A stretch of DNA of 64,000 nt from an uncultured Lentisphaerales bacterium (GCA_964460215.1 CAYWQM010000014.1:892-64891); one strand, 5' to 3'. Positions 47,814 to 57,902 are shown, counted from the first letter of the stretch. Program-made: numbers and translations. The notes: generated by a model from the sequence alone, not told the origin.

Positions 47814-49082
47814 TCAAGCGTCCTGGCTGTCATTCGGCGTCGGGACCACGTGGGTACCGACAATCTTGTCGTGAAAGGCTTCGCCGTCGCGATCCCACAA
47901 TGCCCAGAAGAATCCGAACCCGAAAGGAGCCATCGACAACCAATAGCAGGCGGCCCGAAACAGTGCTGGCCCAGCAGTCAGACGTTTGCCGTCCCGATCG
48001 ACAACGCAGAGTCCACAAATCCACTTGCCGATTGTACGGCCGCGCCAGGCGACAGCGATCCAGGCGTACAGCGTCAGCACTAGCGGCCAGGCCCGCGGGG
48101 ACTGGTGCACGACGATCAACACCAGCAGCGCGTCGATCAGGAAGGCACCGGCGCGTTGGGCGCGGCCGGCAACTTTGACGTTTGCCTGTCGTGACAGCTC
48201 GGCGGCAACGCGGTCGAGCGCCTCCAGCAGCTCCTCTGCTGTCTGATAGCGATGACGCGGCTTCTTCTCCATCATTTTACAGATGATGTCACATACTGCC
48301 GGTGGCAGGTCGGGATTCTTGATGCTCGGGTGCGGCAGTGGTTCACTGATGTGTTTGCTCATCACCGCAAAGGCACTGTTGCCGCTGAACGGCGCTTCGC
48401 CGGTGCACAGGTGGTAGAAGGTGGCGCCGAGTGAATAGATGTCGGAGCGGGCATCGACGTGTTTGGCGTCCTTGGCTTGCTCAGGTGCGATATAGCTGGG
48501 CGTACCAACGCCAACGTCGGTGCCGGTAACGCTCATGTAATCGCGGCCGTCGGTGCATTTGGCGAAACCGAGGTCGGCGAGTTTCGCGGTGCCATCTGCT
48601 GTCAGCATGATGTTTTCAGGCTTGATATCGCGATGAATGATCCTGTGCTGCGCCGCTGCCGCCAATGCCGCCGCGACGCTGCGCACGATGTTGATCGCGC
48701 GGGGGACCTGAATGCGTCCTTCGTTTTCGAGAAGCTGGCGTACGGTACCGCCGTCGATGTATTCCATGACGATATAGTGGGTGCCGTCATCAGACCCGGC
48801 GTCGACGGTGCTGACTATGTTGGGATGATTGATGCGGGCCGCAATGCGCGCTTCCTTGATGAAGCGCTCGATGTATTGGGGATTCTCCCGGGCCAGTTGC
48901 GGTGTCAGTGTTTTTACGGCGACGGGGATATCCAGATCAGGGTTGCGGCCCAGCGACACTTCGCCCATGCTGCCGCGGCCCAAAGGGCTCGAGAGGCTAT
49001 ATTTACCGAGCTTCACCAGCGGTGTGGCGATGGTTTCGTCCACACCGCTGTCGGTGGTCGTTTTTTGATCGTCGACGTTCAT
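47814..49082 (-). CDS. Ser/Thr protein kinase (Hanks-type) fused to a C-terminal RDD-family membrane domain
   Basis: Kinase motifs (GRGSMGEV, AVK, HRDIKPEN, DLGFAK, GTPSYIAPE). C-terminal TM region with R…D…D spacing (…AWRGRTIGK…VVDRDGKRL…WDRDGEAFHDK). Start placed at ATG 49082 (MNVDDQ…); the track ORF extends 69 codons further with poor coding character. Confidence 0.8.
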   Translation of the reverse strand: MNVDDQKTTTDSGVDETIATPLVKLGKYSLSSPLGRGSMGEVSLGRNPDLDIPVAVKTLTPQLARENPQYIERFIKEARIAARINHPNIVSTVDAGSDDGTHYIVMEYIDGGTVRQLLENEGRIQVPRAINIVRSVAAALAAAAQHRIIHRDIKPENIMLTADGTAKLADLGFAKCTDGRDYMSVTGTDVGVGTPSYIAPEQAKDAKHVDARSDIYSLGATFYHLCTGEAPFSGNSAFAVMSKHISEPLPHPSIKNPDLPPAVCDIICKMMEKKPRHRYQTAEELLEALDRVAAELSRQANVKVAGRAQRAGAFLIDALLVLIVVHQSPRAWPLVLTLYAWIAVAWRGRTIGKWICGLCVVDRDGKRLTAGPALFRAACYWLSMAPFGFGFFWALWDRDGEAFHDKIVGTHVVPTPNDSQDA

Positions 49083-49317
49083 CTGGTTATGCTTGTCAGA
49101 CTGTGTGGGTGTATGACAACAGGCTGCCAGTCGCAGAATATACAGCCGTAGATGCAGTCTGGCGAGTTGCCTCTGTTCGCAGGCAACGACAACGCTGTGT
49201 CGATCACTTCGAATGGCCTTGCACTGCACGAAGGGCGGGTCTATCTTTCTCGTTTTCCATGCCGTTTCCGTGACCGACCCGAGCGACACAACTTTCTACC
49301 CCACGCGGTTATCGACC

Positions 49318-50190
49318 ATGCCGTCGTTTCGAGATTATCTGCAACTGACGAAGCCGTCCATCATGATGCTGGTGGTTGTTACCGGCGCTACCGGATTGGT
49401 GATGGAAAAGACGTTTCTGTCGCAGCCGTTGGATTTTCTGCTGGTTCTGGCCGGGTTGTTCCTGACTGGTGGTTCGGCGAACGCGTTGAATCAGTATTTC
49501 GAGCGTGAGCTCGACGCGAAGATGACACGCACGGCGAAGCGGCGGCCATTGCCTACCGGCAGGATCAGTGCCGGTCGCGCTCTTGCGTTCACGATCGTCA
49601 TCGGCGTAGCAGGTGTGGCGCTCTTTGCCTGGCGCTTCAACATCCTCAGTGCCGCTCTGGCCCTGGGCACCGTTCTTTTCTACGGTTTTTTCTATACGCT
49701 GTGGCTCAAGCCGAACACGACACAAAACATCGTCATCGGCGGCGCCGCCGGCGCCATGGCACCGGTCATCGCTTGGGCTGCTGCCGCGGGGACTATAGCG
49801 AATCCGGTGCCGTGGATTCTCTTCGGTATCATCTTTCTGTGGACGCCGCCTCACTTCTGGGCGCTGGCGCTTTATCTGAAGGACGATTATCGCAAGGTCG
49901 ATTTGCCGATGCTGCCGGTCATCAAAGGCGATGAAGCCACGCTCACACAAATCTGGTATTACACACTCGCGGTTGTCGCCATCAGCCTGTCGTTGCTGTG
50001 GTGGGCGCCCGGGATTCTCTATGCCGTTGCGGCGGTGTATTTCGGTGCGATGTTTATCAACAAATCCTTCATTGCCCGGCGGGAGCAGACCGAGATTTCC
50101 GAGCGCAAGCTCTTCGGCTACTCGATCCTTTATCTTTTCGCCCTCTTTTTCAGTATCATCATTGAAGGGCTGGCGACCTTCGTCGTGTGA
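49318..50190 (+). CDS. ctaB: Protoheme IX farnesyltransferase (heme O synthase)
   Basis: UbiA-family blocks (NALNQYFERELDAKMTRTAKRPLPTG; second Asp-rich loop). Start placed at MPSFRDYLQLTKPSI, the canonical CtaB/CyoE N-terminus. Confidence 0.85.
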   Translation: MPSFRDYLQLTKPSIMMLVVVTGATGLVMEKTFLSQPLDFLLVLAGLFLTGGSANALNQYFERELDAKMTRTAKRRPLPTGRISAGRALAFTIVIGVAGVALFAWRFNILSAALALGTVLFYGFFYTLWLKPNTTQNIVIGGAAGAMAPVIAWAAAAGTIANPVPWILFGIIFLWTPPHFWALALYLKDDYRKVDLPMLPVIKGDEATLTQIWYYTLAVVAISLSLLWWAPGILYAVAAVYFGAMFINKSFIARREQTEISERKLFGYSILYLFALFFSIIIEGLATFVV

Positions 50191-50286
50191 CGCGCTCGTC
50201 TGTATGAATTATCCTCTCGAGCGCAGTTTATAGGGTCTGCCATGTCAAAGGCCGCGATGGTGTAGTGCCAGCCGCTCAGCCTATGA

Positions 50287-51732
50287 TTACACGCTGACAT
50301 CCTCGGCCACAGCGGCCTCACCCTCGTGCTCGGAAAGCAGCGGATCGATGACTTCCGCGACAAACTCTTTCACCTGCTCCGGAGCGCGGCCGATGAATTG
50401 TGATGGGTCGCTGGCAAATGTATCGAGCCGATCATGGATTGCTGCGAACAGGGCATCGCCGGCAATACGCTCAAACAAGTCATTCTCCACGCCTTCGTCT
50501 TTGACGCGCTGGGCGCTGGCGACCGAATGCACGCGGATCGCCTCGTGTAGCTCCTGGCGGTCGCCGCCGGCTGTGACGCAGGCCATGAGGATTGCCTCGG
50601 TCGCCATGTACGGCAGTTCCTCATCGATGTGCTTGCGGATCATTTTGGGCCAGACCCGGAAGCCGTCCATGACATTGGCGGCGATTTGCAGGATGACGTC
50701 GGTACCCAGGAAGGCTTCCGGCAGCGAAAGCCGGCGATTTGCTGAGTCGTCCAGGGTGCGTTCGAACCACTGGGTGGCATGGGTGTTCGAGGCGTTGTCT
50801 GTCAGTGACATGATGTAGCGTGCCAGCGAGCAGATACGTTCGCTGCGCATCGGGTTGCGCTTGTATGCCATGGCACTGGAACCGATCTGCTTCGAACTGA
50901 ACGGCTCGTCCACTTCCTTGAGATTCATCAGCAGGCGGATATCGGTTGCCGTCTTGTGGCAGGACTGCGCGATGGCCGAGAGTGTCGAAAGCACGCGATA
51001 GTCGATCTTGCGGCTGTATGTCTGGCCGGTGATCGCCAGCGTATGATTGAACTCCATCTGCTCGCTGACCAACCGGTCGAGCTGTCTCACTTTCTCGCCG
51101 TCACCGTTGAACAGCGCCAGGAAAGTCGCTTGTGTACCCGTGGTGCCTTTAACCCCGCGGAACGGCAACTCCGTGAGCAACCGCTGTACTTCCTCGAAGT
51201 CGAAGACAATATCCTGCAGACACATCGCCATGCGTTTACCGACGGTCGTCAACTGTGCCGGTTGGTAATGGGTGAAAGCCAGCGTCGGCAGGTCGTGCCA
51301 GGACAGTGCATGGTCGCGAGTCAGGCGAATCAGCCGGACCAGCCGTTGCTTGACGATCTGCAGGCTGTCACGAATCTGGCACAATTCGGTGTTGTCGGTG
51401 ACGTAACAACTGGTGGCGCCCAGATGGATGATCGGCCGGGCCTCGGGGCACTGCTCGCCGAAGGCATGGACGTGGCTCATGACGTCGTGCCGCGTTTCTC
51501 GCTCGATCTTTGCGGCCCGCTCAAAGTCGATATCGTCGACGCAGGCTTCCATTTGCGCAATCTGCGCCTCGGTAATTGTATCGACACCGAGCTCGCGTTC
51601 GGCACGGGCCAGCGCTACCCATAACCGCCGCCACGTCGAAAACTTTTTCTGCGGCGACCAGATGTAGCTCATTTCCGCACTGGCATAGCGGTCGACCAGT
51701 GGGTTCTCATAACGATTCTTTGTTTCGCTCAT
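50287..51732 (-). CDS. purB: Adenylosuccinate lyase (long form)
   Basis: 481 aa. Fumarate-lyase signature GSSAMAYKRNP and an ASL N-terminus (YENPLVDRYAS). Confidence 0.9.
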   Translation of the reverse strand: MSETKNRYENPLVDRYASAEMSYIWSPQKKFSTWRRLWVALARAERELGVDTITEAQIAQMEACVDDIDFERAAKIERETRHDVMSHVHAFGEQCPEARPIIHLGATSCYVTDNTELCQIRDSLQIVKQRLVRLIRLTRDHALSWHDLPTLAFTHYQPAQLTTVGKRMAMCLQDIVFDFEEVQRLLTELPFRGVKGTTGTQATFLALFNGDGEKVRQLDRLVSEQMEFNHTLAITGQTYSRKIDYRVLSTLSAIAQSCHKTATDIRLLMNLKEVDEPFSSKQIGSSAMAYKRNPMRSERICSLARYIMSLTDNASNTHATQWFERTLDDSANRRLSLPEAFLGTDVILQIAANVMDGFRVWPKMIRKHIDEELPYMATEAILMACVTAGGDRQELHEAIRVHSVASAQRVKDEGVENDLFERIAGDALFAAIHDRLDTFASDPSQFIGRAPEQVKEFVAEVIDPLLSEHEGEAAVAEDVSV

Positions 51733-51952
51733 TCCGTCATGAAGTCCTATAGTTGAATTTCACGTGCCCCCGTGCATTTTTAGACAATGCGGCTACAATA
51801 TGAGGCCCGACTGCGACGTTGCAAATTGCCCCGAAACTACCCCTTACATCGGGAAGTGGTCAGTAGCTGGATCAGAATTCGTTCCTACCGTGGCCCAATT
51901 GCCCGCGGTTATCGCGAACCGTCGTTGCAAACGCCGCAACTCTTACGAATAT

Positions 51953-52342
51953 ATGCTGTCTCAAAAGCAACAAAACGCCAGCCGCCATTATGGTGTGATT
52001 ATCCAGGTGCACGACCTGGCACAGGTCAAGGCGTTTTACCAGGACACCTTGAAACTGACGGGTCCGACCGTCGACAGCACGTTTTGGGTGGAGTTTGCCT
52101 TGCCCGGCAATGGTATTGTCGCCCTCGAGAAGTGCGAGAATGTCGTGCCGACAGCGCGGAAGCGGGAAATTTCATGGATGTTGCACGTCGACGATTTCGA
52201 AGCAAAAGTGAAGGATTTGCGTGATTGCAATGTACCGGAAGTCCGACCGTCACTCGATATTCCCGGCAAATGCTGTCACACCTTTGCCGATCCGGAGGGT
52301 AATCCCTTCACGGTCTACGCCGACGTGCCAGATGCCGAATAG
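51953..52342 (+). CDS. VOC-family protein (glyoxalase / bleomycin-resistance / dioxygenase fold)
   Basis: 129 aa starting at ATG 51953 (MLSQKQQ…). A betaalphabetabetabeta-like pattern (HYGVIIQVHDLAQVKAFY…) is visible. The longer track ORF N-terminus is not protein-like. Confidence 0.55.
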   Translation: MLSQKQQNASRHYGVIIQVHDLAQVKAFYQDTLKLTGPTVDSTFWVEFALPGNGIVALEKCENVVPTARKREISWMLHVDDFEAKVKDLRDCNVPEVRPSLDIPGKCCHTFADPEGNPFTVYADVPDAE

Positions 52343-52396
52343 GGCTGAGCACTTTTTCCGGCGATCGTTCGCCTTTAATATCTCCAGGTTTGCCTG

Positions 52397-53308
52397 ATGA
52401 CTGATGACCAGTTGCTTAACGCTTACCGCGCCATGTGCCGCATCCGGGCTTTCGAGCTGCGGCTCAATGAACTTTTCCTGCAGGGCATAGTCCCCGGCAC
52501 CACCCACCTGTGTATCGGCCAGGAAGCTTGCGCGGTCGGCGTCAATATGGCCCTCAGCACCGACGACATGGTATTCAGCAACCATCGCGGACACGGGCAC
52601 CTGCTGGGCCGCGGCGGCGATCCCGCGCGGATGTTGGCGGAGATTTTCGGACATCCACAGGGCTACTCCGGCGGGCGCGGCGGCAGCCAGCACATGGCGG
52701 TCAAGGACCTCAACTTCATGGGTACTCACGGCATCACTGCCGGGACTATACCGTTGGCTGTCGGTGCTGCGTTGAATCGTAAAATTCACCGGCAACCCGG
52801 TGTTGCCGTGGTTTTTTTCGGAGAAGGGGCCATCGGCGAGGGCATTTTTCACGAGAGCCTCAACATGGCGGCGATCTGGAAACTGCCGGTACTTTTTGTC
52901 TGCGAGAACAATCAGTATGCCATGTCGACCAACCACGGAGATATTTCACCGGTCGGCAATGCTGCCGATCGCGCTGCTGCCTATGCGATGACCTCCCGCA
53001 TCGTCGATGGCAACGATGTTGCTGCAACGCATGCAACTACCGCAGCGGCGCGGTCCGCCGTTGCCGCCGGGGAGGGCCCTGTCTTTATTGAACTGCAGAC
53101 CTACCGGATCAGCGGTCATTCGCGTGGTGACGAGTGCCCGTACCGCAGCCGCGAAGAAGAAGCACAGTGGGCCGAACGCGATCCCATCGTGCGGCTGCGA
53201 AAGCGGCTCGCGGATGCGGGGCTGTGGACCGATGCTGCCGATACGGCGCTCGAAACGCAATTGGCTGCGGAGCTCGCAGAAGCCGAGGAGATCGCCCGGG
53301 AATCATGA
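52397..53308 (+). CDS. Thiamine-diphosphate-dependent dehydrogenase E1 component, alpha subunit (pyruvate/acetoin/branched-chain 2-oxoacid dehydrogenase type)
   Basis: 303 aa. A TPP-binding motif (GEGAIGEG…ENNQYAMST) and a phosphorylation-loop-like region (YRISGHSRGD). Confidence 0.85.
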   Translation: MTDDQLLNAYRAMCRIRAFELRLNELFLQGIVPGTTHLCIGQEACAVGVNMALSTDDMVFSNHRGHGHLLGRGGDPARMLAEIFGHPQGYSGGRGGSQHMAVKDLNFMGTHGITAGTIPLAVGAALNRKIHRQPGVAVVFFGEGAIGEGIFHESLNMAAIWKLPVLFVCENNQYAMSTNHGDISPVGNAADRAAAYAMTSRIVDGNDVAATHATTAAARSAVAAGEGPVFIELQTYRISGHSRGDECPYRSREEEAQWAERDPIVRLRKRLADAGLWTDAADTALETQLAAELAEAEEIARES

Positions 53309-54291
53309 GTACGACTCGACAAATCTCCATGTCTGCCGCTATCCGTGAGGCGCTGACGACACTGTTGCGTGAGCACGAAGAAGTTTTTCTTATCGGCGAG
53401 GACATCGGTGTCTATGGCGGTGCGTTCAAAATCACTCGCGGCATCGTTGATGAGTTCGGTCCCGAACGCATTATCGACACACCGATAAGCGAAGCCGGCA
53501 TCGTCAGCGTCGCGGCCGGTGCCGCACTCATGGGCAGTCGGCCGATCATCGAGATCATGTTTATGGACTTCATGGCGCTCGCTTTCGACGGCATCATCAA
53601 TATCGCCGCAAAATGGCAGGCAACCTACGGTGACGAGTTCGCCACGCCTTTGATCATTCGCGCCCCTGCCGGCGGTGGCCGCAACTATGGGCCGACGCAT
53701 TCCCAGAGTTTCGAGGGACTGTTACTTAATGTTCCGAACCTGACCATTTGTTGCCCGTCGAATCCCGCGGATGCGGCCGGCTTGCTCCTCGGAGCTTACG
53801 ATGCTGCGACGACCGTGATCATGGTCGAGCACAAGACCTTGTATGCTCGCCAGGGGCCTGTGGCAGAGCAGCTGCAACCTGTCCCGATCGGGCAGGGTGC
53901 CAGGCTGCGCAGTGGCAGCGATATTTCACTGATCGCTTACGGGCGGCATGTCTCGGCGGCACTGCAGGCGGCCGAGATTCTCGCGGCTGAAGACGTCCAG
54001 GCCGATGTCATCGACTTGCGCACCGTCAAGCCGCTGGATGCTGCCCTCATTCTCGATAGCCTGTCCAATACCGGTCGCGGCATCAGCATCGAGGAATCAC
54101 CGGTTATTGGTGGTGTCGGTGCCGAGATCAGCGCGGTGGTCATGTCGTCGGCGTTCGAGTACCTCGAGGCACCTTTCGCCAGACTCGGCGCCGCCGAGCA
54201 GATCATCCCGTGCAGCCCCGCCCTCGAGTCCGCCTGTTTCCCGTCGGTTGACAGCATCGCGGCCAAGGCCCGCGAACTGATGAGCTACTGA
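53305..54291 (+). CDS. Thiamine-diphosphate-dependent dehydrogenase E1 component, beta subunit
   Basis: Start at MSTTRQISMSAAIREAL, with a 4-nt overlap with the alpha gene. Transketolase-like pyrimidine-binding and C-terminal domains (EHEEVFLIGEDIG, DTPISEAGIVSVAAGAAL). Confidence 0.85.
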   Translation: MSTTRQISMSAAIREALTTLLREHEEVFLIGEDIGVYGGAFKITRGIVDEFGPERIIDTPISEAGIVSVAAGAALMGSRPIIEIMFMDFMALAFDGIINIAAKWQATYGDEFATPLIIRAPAGGGRNYGPTHSQSFEGLLLNVPNLTICCPSNPADAAGLLLGAYDAATTVIMVEHKTLYARQGPVAEQLQPVPIGQGARLRSGSDISLIAYGRHVSAALQAAEILAAEDVQADVIDLRTVKPLDAALILDSLSNTGRGISIEESPVIGGVGAEISAVVMSSAFEYLEAPFARLGAAEQIIPCSPALESACFPSVDSIAAKARELMSY

Positions 54292-54458
54292 GTTGCTGCG
54301 TAGATGTCTGAACCAGGCCCTGCACTGGTGTAGGTGACCGCTCCAGTCCACGCATGTGAGTTAGGGGCCAATCGCCGCCATCCATGCAGAGAAGGATCGA
54401 ACAGGCAGATGCATAGACGCGGGGAATGTGGCGTAAAAAGAAAAAACGCAGCGCTGGC

Positions 54459-55325
54459 TCAGTTGATCGAGATGGAGTAGCTGGCGTAGTTGTTTTCCTC
54501 GTCATCCTGCAGGGTGTAGAAAAAGAATTCGTAGCCCAGTAGCAGCCCCCACGGCCCATAGTTGCGATTGCCACCGTCGGTAAGCTTTCCCATCAACTTG
54601 CCGCGCATCTTCCGGCTGCGCAGCCGCACTGTGCGCGAACCCCACGGTCCGCGGATCTTGGCATGCTTGACGGGGCCGGAGAATTTTGCGTTCCGATCGG
54701 TGTACTGATAAAATTTCTTGTGGGTCCGGCCGTCGACCAGTTCACTGGTCTCCAGAACGAAACGCTTGAGCATCTTATCTGGTACGTCAAGCTTGTATGA
54801 ACCGTCCCGGTTCGGTTCGTTCTCGCTGTCGCTGGCCAGCGATGGGATGGCGGTATTGACGATGAACTGAATTGGATTTTTGATTCCGGCAACCTGCTGG
54901 TGGCGGCCGGTGACACGTATGGTCGATTGGGCGAATTCGTACTTGATCGTGAAACTGAGATTGCCTTCGAGCCGCCCGGTCAACTCGATGCTTTTAGGAT
55001 TGCGCATCGGTTCTGCCGGGTCGTAGTATGCCGCCACGTTGCGGCGCTGGATCTCGCGCTTGGTGCGATGATAATAATTGCCCGCTGGCTGCCCGAAGAC
55101 GATCGGCTTGCCGACAATCTCCCCGTTCTGCTTGAGATAGATGCGCATGACGCCATCGGTGTGCAGCCGGGCGGTGAAGTTGTCTCGTTCATACAGGGCG
55201 TAGGTCGTTGCATCGGTACCTGTCTCTTCGAGCGCCGGCAGCAGCGATCTTACCGGGCCACTGCGCGTGCCGCTGCCAAAGGCGCTGGCGGCGAGCACGA
55301 GTGTAATGATCAGGTACCTGGTCAT
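54459..55325 (-). CDS. Secreted hypothetical protein of 288 aa
   Basis: Signal peptide MTRYLIITLVLAASAFG. No recognisable family. Confidence 0.55.
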   Translation of the reverse strand: MTRYLIITLVLAASAFGSGTRSGPVRSLLPALEETGTDATTYALYERDNFTARLHTDGVMRIYLKQNGEIVGKPIVFGQPAGNYYHRTKREIQRRNVAAYYDPAEPMRNPKSIELTGRLEGNLSFTIKYEFAQSTIRVTGRHQQVAGIKNPIQFIVNTAIPSLASDSENEPNRDGSYKLDVPDKMLKRFVLETSELVDGRTHKKFYQYTDRNAKFSGPVKHAKIRGPWGSRTVRLRSRKMRGKLMGKLTDGGNRNYGPWGLLLGYEFFFYTLQDDEENNYASYSISIN

Positions 55326-55590
55326 CTCTAACCTATGGCAGTTACTGATTTGAGTAGCGGAACGAACGAATCGGGCAACACATAACTATGAAACAACCGC
55401 CTACTATACAATGTCTATGGCCGGCGGGGAAATCATTGCGCCCCGCATTGGACGTGAGATAATTCACTTGCCGTGCGGTACACCTCCGGCATCCGTGCGT
55501 GCGTATCCAGACAGCGCCTGCCATGGCTGATCAAAGATGGCCTCAGCGGCATAACACGTGCGGAAATAGGATCGCGACGGGACTGAAACC

Positions 55591-56217
55591 TCAGGCTTCG
55601 AGATGGATGTCGAAAACAACGGTGTCGATCCCGTCGACATCCGCCTCCACTGCCAACACGCGGTGTGTGGCGTGTTGGCTCGAAGCCCAGGGGTCGTCGT
55701 CGATGTGCGGGTCACCGGCGAAGTACAATTGGGAGATCAGTTCCCGATGCCCGGCGCCGGTGACGCGGAAGTGGATGTGCGCCGGCCGGAACTGTCGCCC
55801 ATTGAGATAGCGGCCCGGCATGATCGTGGTAAAGGCGTACCCGCCGCCGTTATCGACCCGTTGCCGGCCGCGCAGGCGGAAGTTGTTCGAGCGGTTGTCG
55901 TATTCTCCGTTATCATCGCATTGCCACACGTCGACTACGGCGTCTTTCACGACGGTTTTGCAGTCACTGCCGATGACGCGGCCTTTAACGACCAGTTTCC
56001 TGCCTTTAAAACCATCCCCGGTGAGATCATTGCGGAAGGGTGCGTTGCGGCGGTAGAATGGTCCGAGAATATCGTCAGTGGTGAGGCAATCACCGGCGGT
56101 TTCCCCGTCTGCTGCTGATCCCAGCGTACTTATTGACAAAGACACGGCAGCAATGGTCCAGGCGCCTTGCTTGAGAAAGGTGCGTCGGGAGATATCAGCT
56201 GTCGGGCGTTGCTGCAT
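55591..56217 (-). CDS. Protein resembling an intradiol ring-cleavage dioxygenase (protocatechuate/catechol dioxygenase-like core), with a Tat signal
   Basis: SRRTFLKQGAWTIAAVS Tat motif. LGPFYRRNAP…GRVIGSDCKTV…DVWQCDDNGEY…AHIHFRV matches the intradiol dioxygenase beta-sandwich pattern (Y…Y…H.H). Starts 8 nt after the stop of the upstream FGGY kinase gene. Confidence 0.65.
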   Translation of the reverse strand: MQQRPTADISRRTFLKQGAWTIAAVSLSISTLGSAADGETAGDCLTTDDILGPFYRRNAPFRNDLTGDGFKGRKLVVKGRVIGSDCKTVVKDAVVDVWQCDDNGEYDNRSNNFRLRGRQRVDNGGGYAFTTIMPGRYLNGRQFRPAHIHFRVTGAGHRELISQLYFAGDPHIDDDPWASSQHATHRVLAVEADVDGIDTVVFDIHLEA

Positions 56218-56225
56218 CTGCTTTT

Positions 56226-57788
56226 TCAGACACCATAGGTTGTGTGCAGTTCCGCCAGGAATCGCTCGGTCAAATCGGCATACACCGCGTTTGTTTCAGC
56301 CGGGTGGACGGCGATATCCGCGGCGGGTGCTGCGAAGTTGGCAAAGAGTTCCGGCCAGTCGACGTCGGTGCAGGCGTGTGCCGCTCTCAGCGCCGCGCCG
56401 AGGGCGGCTGAGTTCGAAACGTCGATAGTTTGCACTCGGGCGCCGAAGACATCAGCAAACACTTGCAGAATACCGCGGTTTCTCGACGCTCCACCGGTGG
56501 CCAGCAGGGTTTCCGGCGTTTCGTCGATCCAGGTGGCGTGCAGACGCATGCTGACGGCTTGGGCCTCGACGATGCCGCGAGCTGCAGCGGCCGGGTTCCG
56601 CCAGGCAGTAAAGTCGTCGTCGCCGATCAGTTTGAGTTGCGGCTCGAGGATGACCGGGGTGATCTCCGACTCGATGTACGGCAGCATGAAGTTGCCGTTA
56701 TTACCAGGCGCAGTGTCGAGAATCGCGCTGCTGAAGGCGTCCCAGTCCATGCCAACGCGGTTAGCGACGTGTTCACGGGTGAGCGAGCCGTTCTTGAAGC
56801 AGATAAGGCTCATGAATCCGCCGGCAGGGTTGCCGAAGACATGGCCGTAACCTTTCGGATCGGTCCGGGGCGCTCGCATGGCGCCGAAAAACGTATCGCT
56901 GGTGCTGAGGCTGATGATGGCCGAGCCCGGGGCGGCCCCGCCCATGCCGATGAGGCTGCAAGGATTGTCCCCCGACCAGGCGATGACCGGGGTATCCCCT
57001 GCGAAACCGTATTTTTCGCAGAAATACGGCGCGAGCTCTCCCGTTACGGTATTCGATGCAGCGACCGGTGGCAGTTTATCGGCCAGTCCGGGGGCGGCGG
57101 CGTCGAGCATTTTCGGGTCCCAGGTGCCGGCAGCCAGATTGAGGAGGTTCATGCCGGCTCCGTCGCCAAAGTCGATCGGCACATCGCGGCCGCTGAGCAG
57201 GAATGCCATGAACGAGCTGACCAGATAGATGCGGCCCGTTGCTTCGTAAGTATCGGGATCGATTTTGTGCAGCTTGCGGATCTGCGATGCTGGAAAACGC
57301 TCGATTGGCCGTGAGCCAGTGACTGACACGACGTACGCGTCGCCACCTACGGCGTTAGCTAGTTCACGGCATTCCGCTGTGGTGGAGCTGTCCATCCAGA
57401 TCGGTGAAGTTTGACGGGTGAGCAGCGGCCGTACCTGATCAACCAGTGGCTGGCCGCTGTCCCAGTTTGCGGAGTCCGAAAATCCTGGTTTGAGGTAGAC
57501 AGTGCCGTGTTGCTGGCCGGATCCGCTGATGCCGCGGATGTTGCCCCAGTCGAATCCGTCGGCACGGCATTTCTCGAACAGATAGTCGAGGGCTTCGACC
57601 CACATAAGCGGGTCGGCGTGCCGGACCAGGGGATCCGGATTGGCCAGGAAGCCGGCGGGCGACTCGTAGGCCGGCAGCACGTCACCGAAATTGGCCGCAG
57701 CGTCGAGCACTGTCTCGCCGGTGTCAAGGTCGACGACTATGGCGGAGAGGCTTTGGGTACTGGAATCGAGGCCCAGGAACTGGCGCAT
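56226..57788 (-). CDS. FGGY-family carbohydrate kinase (xylulokinase-like)
   Basis: 520 aa. N-terminal LGLDSSTQSLSAIVVD (FGGY_N) and C-terminal GGASRN…GAALRAA (FGGY_C) blocks. Confidence 0.85.
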   Translation of the reverse strand: MRQFLGLDSSTQSLSAIVVDLDTGETVLDAAANFGDVLPAYESPAGFLANPDPLVRHADPLMWVEALDYLFEKCRADGFDWGNIRGISGSGQQHGTVYLKPGFSDSANWDSGQPLVDQVRPLLTRQTSPIWMDSSTTAECRELANAVGGDAYVVSVTGSRPIERFPASQIRKLHKIDPDTYEATGRIYLVSSFMAFLLSGRDVPIDFGDGAGMNLLNLAAGTWDPKMLDAAAPGLADKLPPVAASNTVTGELAPYFCEKYGFAGDTPVIAWSGDNPCSLIGMGGAAPGSAIISLSTSDTFFGAMRAPRTDPKGYGHVFGNPAGGFMSLICFKNGSLTREHVANRVGMDWDAFSSAILDTAPGNNGNFMLPYIESEITPVILEPQLKLIGDDDFTAWRNPAAAARGIVEAQAVSMRLHATWIDETPETLLATGGASRNRGILQVFADVFGARVQTIDVSNSAALGAALRAAHACTDVDWPELFANFAAPAADIAVHPAETNAVYADLTERFLAELHTTYGV

Positions 57789-57902
57789 GGGTGGGGTCCG
57801 GAAATTGGTTGAAATGTGAAATAGCTGAAGCGCGATGGGAAAGGGGAAAAACCTGAATGACGCGCCAGTTGTCCGGTTTCAGGGGTCGGCAGTTTCAGCC
57901 GG

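Noticed and set aside
46455-48083. 542-aa plus-strand ORF antisense to both Ser/Thr kinase genes
   Set aside because: It spans two genes with unmistakable kinase catalytic motifs on the other strand. GC-rich antisense artefact.
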